A stretch of 32,000 nucleotides of DNA from Candidatus Saccharimonadota bacterium (lineage in GTDB: Bacteria > Pseudomonadota > Gammaproteobacteria > Enterobacterales > Enterobacteriaceae). The notes beneath the pieces were generated by a model. The model had not been told where the DNA came from. It made no database searches and saw nothing but the letters and a program-made list of their open reading frames with translations. Positions 28,406 through 32,000 of this stretch are shown here, piece by piece (the stretch's first letter is position 1; each line of letters starts with the position of its first letter). Location: positions 150,001-182,000 of the forward strand of contig CP188086.1 in assembly GCA_049942765.1 (NCBI GenBank), in the 5' to 3' direction. The position numbers and the translations under genes were made by a program.

Positions 28406-30241
28406 ATGGACATTTATACAATGGCTAATAGTGATATTTCAAATATTATATTTCCTATAGATGATAAAATTTTGTCATCTATAAATATGAACGTTAGTAA
28501 TTTATCCCGTGAGCAATTGGCATGGATTTCTGGTTATTATTGGGGTAAAGCAACTGGAAGTAATATTAATGATAATTGTATATCTAATATTAATCCAGAA
28601 TTATCGTCAGATATAATTACTATTGTTTCAGGTTCTCAAACAGGTAATGCTCATAAATTAGCTGCTGTTATATTTAATAAATTACATGCTAATAATTTTA
28701 ATGTTCGTTTAATTAATATATGCGATTATTCATTTAAAAAACTTTCTAAAGAAAAATATTTTATATTAATTATTTCCACTCAAGGTGAAGGAGAACCTCC
28801 AGAAGAAGCTATTCCATTTTATAATTCTTTAATGTCTAAAAAAGTAGATCGTTTAGACCACCTGTATTTTTCTATTTTTGGATTAGGTGATTCTTCATAT
28901 AATTTTTTTTGTAAAACTGGTAAAGATTTTGATAGTAGACTAAATGAATTAGGTGCACAACGTTTTTTAGATAGAATAGATGCAGATGTTGATTATAGTG
29001 GTATATCAGATGAATGGTGTGCAAAGTTAGTTTCGTTTTTCCAGAATAAATCTGTCAATATTATTGTAAATAATAATAAATTATCAGATTTCATTGATAA
29101 AAAATCTCAATCTATATTACATAAAGAATGTACGAAAGAAAATCCATTTTATGGTACTTTATTAGTTAATCAAAAAATTACGGGGCGAAATTCTATTAAA
29201 GATATAAGACATATTGAAATAGGTATATGTAATTCAAAAGTTAATTATAAACCCGGAGATGCTTTAGGGGTATGGTATGAAAATAGTAAAGAACTTGTTC
29301 TAAATATTTTGGATATCTTTAATATTGATAAGCATGAAGATGTCAGTATATTACATAATAAAACTGTGAATATATTTATAGCATTAACTAAGTATTATGA
29401 AATAACTGTTAATACAATTAATTTAGTTCAACGTTATGCTAAATTATCCAATCATGATTTTTTAGTTAATTTGGTATCTGATTCAAAAAAAATGTTGGGG
29501 TATATTAAAAATACTCCTATTCATTATATGTTTAGTGTATTTCCTACTAAGTTAACTTCGATTCAACTATTATCTTTGCTCAGACCATTAACTCCTAGGT
29601 TGTATTCTATTTCATCTTCTCAGCTAGAATATAGCGATGAAGTTCATATTACAGTTGGTGTAGTACAATATGCTGTTTCTAATCAAATATATCAAGGAGG
29701 TGCATCAAGTTATTTATCATATCGAGTAGAGGAAGATAGTAAAATTGGAATTTTTATACAGTCTAATGACAATTTTCGTTTACCGAAAGACGATAATATT
29801 TCTATTATTATGATTGGAGCTGGTACAGGTATTGCTCCATTTAGAGCATTTATACAAGAAAGAAAGTGTTTATCAGCACGTGGAAAAAATTGGATCTTTT
29901 ATGGAAATCAGACTTTTTCTGAAGATTTTTTATATCAAAGAGAATGGCAGTCTTATTTTGACATGGGTTTATTAACTAATATTGATTTAGCATGGTCTAG
30001 AGATTCTAAAGAAAAAGTTTATGTACAACATAAAATTTGGAATAAGGGTCAGGAAGTATGGAATTGGATAAATAATGGTGCTTATATTTATGTCTGTGGT
30101 GATAAAACAAATATGGCTAAAGATGTTGAATCAATATTATTAAAAATTATTTTAAAATATGGATCAATGAATATTGATCAAGGAAATGAATATATTGATA
30201 ATTTACGTATAAATCATCGTTATCAAAGAGATGTATATTAA
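28406..30241 (+). CDS. cysJ: sulfite reductase [NADPH] flavoprotein alpha component
   Basis: 611 aa versus 599 in E. coli. It has the flavodoxin-like SGSQTGNA and [15 protein letters not shown]-binding [18 protein letters not shown]-binding [14 protein letters not shown] and the C-terminal HRYQRDVY. Confidence 0.97.
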   Translation: MDIYTMANSDISNIIFPIDDKILSSINMNVSNLSREQLAWISGYYWGKATGSNINDNCISNINPELSSDIITIVSGSQTGNAHKLAAVIFNKLHANNFNVRLINICDYSFKKLSKEKYFILIISTQGEGEPPEEAIPFYNSLMSKKVDRLDHLYFSIFGLGDSSYNFFCKTGKDFDSRLNELGAQRFLDRIDADVDYSGISDEWCAKLVSFFQNKSVNIIVNNNKLSDFIDKKSQSILHKECTKENPFYGTLLVNQKITGRNSIKDIRHIEIGICNSKVNYKPGDALGVWYENSKELVLNILDIFNIDKHEDVSILHNKTVNIFIALTKYYEITVNTINLVQRYAKLSNHDFLVNLVSDSKKMLGYIKNTPIHYMFSVFPTKLTSIQLLSLLRPLTPRLYSISSSQLEYSDEVHITVGVVQYAVSNQIYQGGASSYLSYRVEEDSKIGIFIQSNDNFRLPKDDNISIIMIGAGTGIAPFRAFIQERKCLSARGKNWIFYGNQTFSEDFLYQREWQSYFDMGLLTNIDLAWSRDSKEKVYVQHKIWNKGQEVWNWINNGAYIYVCGDKTNMAKDVESILLKIILKYGSMNIDQGNEYIDNLRINHRYQRDVY

Positions 30242-31959
30242 TGACTAAAAATAAAAAATATGCTCTGATTAATAAAAAACAAAAAATGTTGTCAGAGTTT
30301 GAACGTATTAAAGAAAACAGTAATTATTTAAGAGGTTCTATTATTGATGATTTGCATGATCAATTGACAAATGGTTTTAAAGGAGATAACTATTCTTTGA
30401 TTAGATTTCATGGAATGTATCAGCAGGATGATCGGGATATTCGTCTTGAAAGAAAAATGCAAAAATTAGAGCCCAGGCATGCGATGATGTTACGATGTCG
30501 TTTGCCGGGAGGTATTATTACTCCATTGCAATGGTTAGCTATTGATCAATTTGTCAATGATCATACCATATATCAATCTATTCGTTTAACAAATCGTCAA
30601 ACTTTTCAAATACATGGAATTTTTAAAAATAAATTAAAAATGATTCATAAAGTATTAAATAAAGTAGGTTTAGATTCATTAGGAACAGCTAATGATGTTA
30701 ATAGAAATGTATTATGCACATCAAATCCCATTGAATCATGGGTTCATCATGAAGTATATTTATGGGCTAAACACATTTCTGAACATTTATTACCTAGAAC
30801 TACAGCTTACGCAGAAATTTGGTTAGATAAAAAAAAAATCATGTCCACTGATCATGAACCAATTTTAGGTAATCGATATTTACCTAGAAAGTTTAAAACT
30901 GGTATTGTAATCCCACCAAATAATGATATCGATTTACATGCTAATGATTTGAATTTAATTGCAGTTGTATGTGATAATAAATTAATTGGTTTTAATGTAT
31001 TAGTAGGCGGAGGATTATCTATTGAGCATAATAATCATTCAACTTGGCCGTCATTATCAATTGCACTTGGTTTTGTGTCATTAAAAAACATACTATGTAT
31101 AGTTGAATCTATAGTGACCACACAAAGAGATTGGGGAGATCGAAGTAATCGAAAAAATGCTAAAACTAGATATACTTTAAATAAATATGGTATAGATAAT
31201 TTTAAATATGAAGTTGAAGATCGATCAGGTATTAAGTTTAAATCAATTTATCCTTATAAATTTTCTATGCGAGGTGACGAGTTTGGATGGAAAAAAGGGA
31301 TTGATAATAAATGGCATTATACATTGTACGTACCTGGTGGTCGATTATTAAATGATGAAAATAATTTATTTCGATCTGGTGTTGCAGATATTGCAAAAAT
31401 TCATACTGGTGATTTTAGATTGACTGCTAATCAAAATTTAATAGTAGCAGGTGTTGAAGAGTCTAATAAAATTCTTATTGAAAAAATAATATTAGATTAT
31501 CGATTAGAGTCTGAGTATTCTAATTTTGAGAAAAGTGCAATGGCTTGTGTATCCTTCCCAACTTGTCCATTAGCTATGGCTGAATCTGAGCGTGTTTTGT
31601 TTATTTTTTTAAAAAAAATAGAAAAAATAATGTTGAAATATAGTATTGGTAAAAGAAATATTGTATTTCGAATTTCGGGTTGTCCTAATGGATGCGGTCG
31701 ATCATTGTTATCTGAAATTGGTTTAATTGGTAAATCTTTAGGTCGATATAACCTATATCTAGGTGGAAATAGTATAGGTACTAGATTAGCTTCTTTACAT
31801 TCTGAAAATTTAAATGAGGAGAGTATTTTTAATACATTAGATAATTTAATTAAATTATGGTCCATTTATGGTGAGAATAAAGAAGAGTTTGGTGACTTCT
31901 GTATTCGATATAAAATTATTAAAGAAATTAAAAATTCTAAATATGATTTTTGGAATTAG
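30241..31959 (+). CDS. cysI: sulfite reductase [NADPH] hemoprotein beta component
   Basis: 572 aa versus 570 in E. coli. It has [12 protein letters not shown] and the siroheme/4Fe-4S cysteine clusters [16 protein letters not shown] and SGCPNGCGR. Its ATG overlaps the cysJ TAA (TAATG). Confidence 0.97.
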   Translation: MTKNKKYALINKKQKMLSEFERIKENSNYLRGSIIDDLHDQLTNGFKGDNYSLIRFHGMYQQDDRDIRLERKMQKLEPRHAMMLRCRLPGGIITPLQWLAIDQFVNDHTIYQSIRLTNRQTFQIHGIFKNKLKMIHKVLNKVGLDSLGTANDVNRNVLCTSNPIESWVHHEVYLWAKHISEHLLPRTTAYAEIWLDKKKIMSTDHEPILGNRYLPRKFKTGIVIPPNNDIDLHANDLNLIAVVCDNKLIGFNVLVGGGLSIEHNNHSTWPSLSIALGFVSLKNILCIVESIVTTQRDWGDRSNRKNAKTRYTLNKYGIDNFKYEVEDRSGIKFKSIYPYKFSMRGDEFGWKKGIDNKWHYTLYVPGGRLLNDENNLFRSGVADIAKIHTGDFRLTANQNLIVAGVEESNKILIEKIILDYRLESEYSNFEKSAMACVSFPTCPLAMAESERVLFIFLKKIEKIMLKYSIGKRNIVFRISGCPNGCGRSLLSEIGLIGKSLGRYNLYLGGNSIGTRLASLHSENLNEESIFNTLDNLIKLWSIYGENKEEFGDFCIRYKIIKEIKNSKYDFWN

Positions 31960-31978
31960 TTATTATATAGGAGTTAAT

Positions 31979-32000
31979 ATGATATCAACATTAGATTTAA
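31979..32000 (+). CDS. cysH: phosphoadenosine phosphosulfate reductase, first 7 codons only (runs off the window end)
   Basis: ATG at 31979 is preceded by AGGAG (31969-31973, 5-nt spacer). MISTLDL resembles the E. coli CysH N-terminus MSKLDL. It lies 19 nt downstream of cysI, as in the cysJIH operon. It is too short for independent confirmation. Confidence 0.6.

Noticed and set aside
31497-31865. A 122-aa minus-strand ORF inside cysI
   Set aside because: It is the longest shadow ORF, but it lies fully within the region encoding the conserved CysI Fe-S/siroheme motifs on the + strand. It has no homology or translation signals.
1-32000. A whole-window search for tRNA/rRNA genes, CRISPR arrays, IS elements, integrases, defence or toxin systems, a novel gene cluster, or UGA-to-Trp recoding
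   Set aside because: No G+C-rich T-arm or acceptor-like segments occur in any spacer, and there are no direct-repeat/spacer arrays. No ORF lacks a core-gene assignment. All conserved genes are full length under the standard code with UGA as a stop, and RF2 is retained. The region is an ordinary, if highly eroded, endosymbiont core-genome segment.

Overview
This is an extremely A+T-rich, gene-dense window (by eye about 20-25% G+C, not computed; spacers are almost pure A/T). It holds 23 recognisable core genes. Their products and microsynteny fit a reduced Enterobacterales-derived obligate insect endosymbiont. The order is yhgN-asd-tusA-nadD-holA-leuS-corC-ybeY-miaB-thyA-lgt-lysA-lysS-prfB-ygfZ-gmk-typA-engB-polA-dsbA-mutS-cysJ-cysI-cysH. 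That matches what I recall for Buchnera aphidicola-type genomes, but the species cannot be determined from this window. I found no rRNA, tRNA, CRISPR, IS/transposase, phage, toxin-antitoxin or defence genes. I do not find a novel multi-gene system: every long ORF is a conserved housekeeping or biosynthetic gene, and the other ORF-track entries are antisense shadows. Points worth a second look: (1) ybeY is split by a frameshift inside an A11 tract, and its intact catalytic His-triad lies in the downstream frame, making it a candidate for poly(A) slippage rescue. (2) Many in-frame sense-strand A9-A13 tracts occur in other genes. (3) prfB keeps the programmed +1 frameshift (GGAGG..CUU UGA) at codon 26. 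(4) polA is full length, but its 3'-5' exonuclease Exo II and Exo III residues look substituted. (5) ORF-free spacers sit where E. coli has lnt, lptE, ybeZ and rpoZ. (6) A phased ATTAATTAT repeat lies in the dsbA-mutS spacer. (7) AT-rich hairpins lie between convergent genes. The supplied track also misses a truncated yhgN at the window start and the first codons of cysH at the end.
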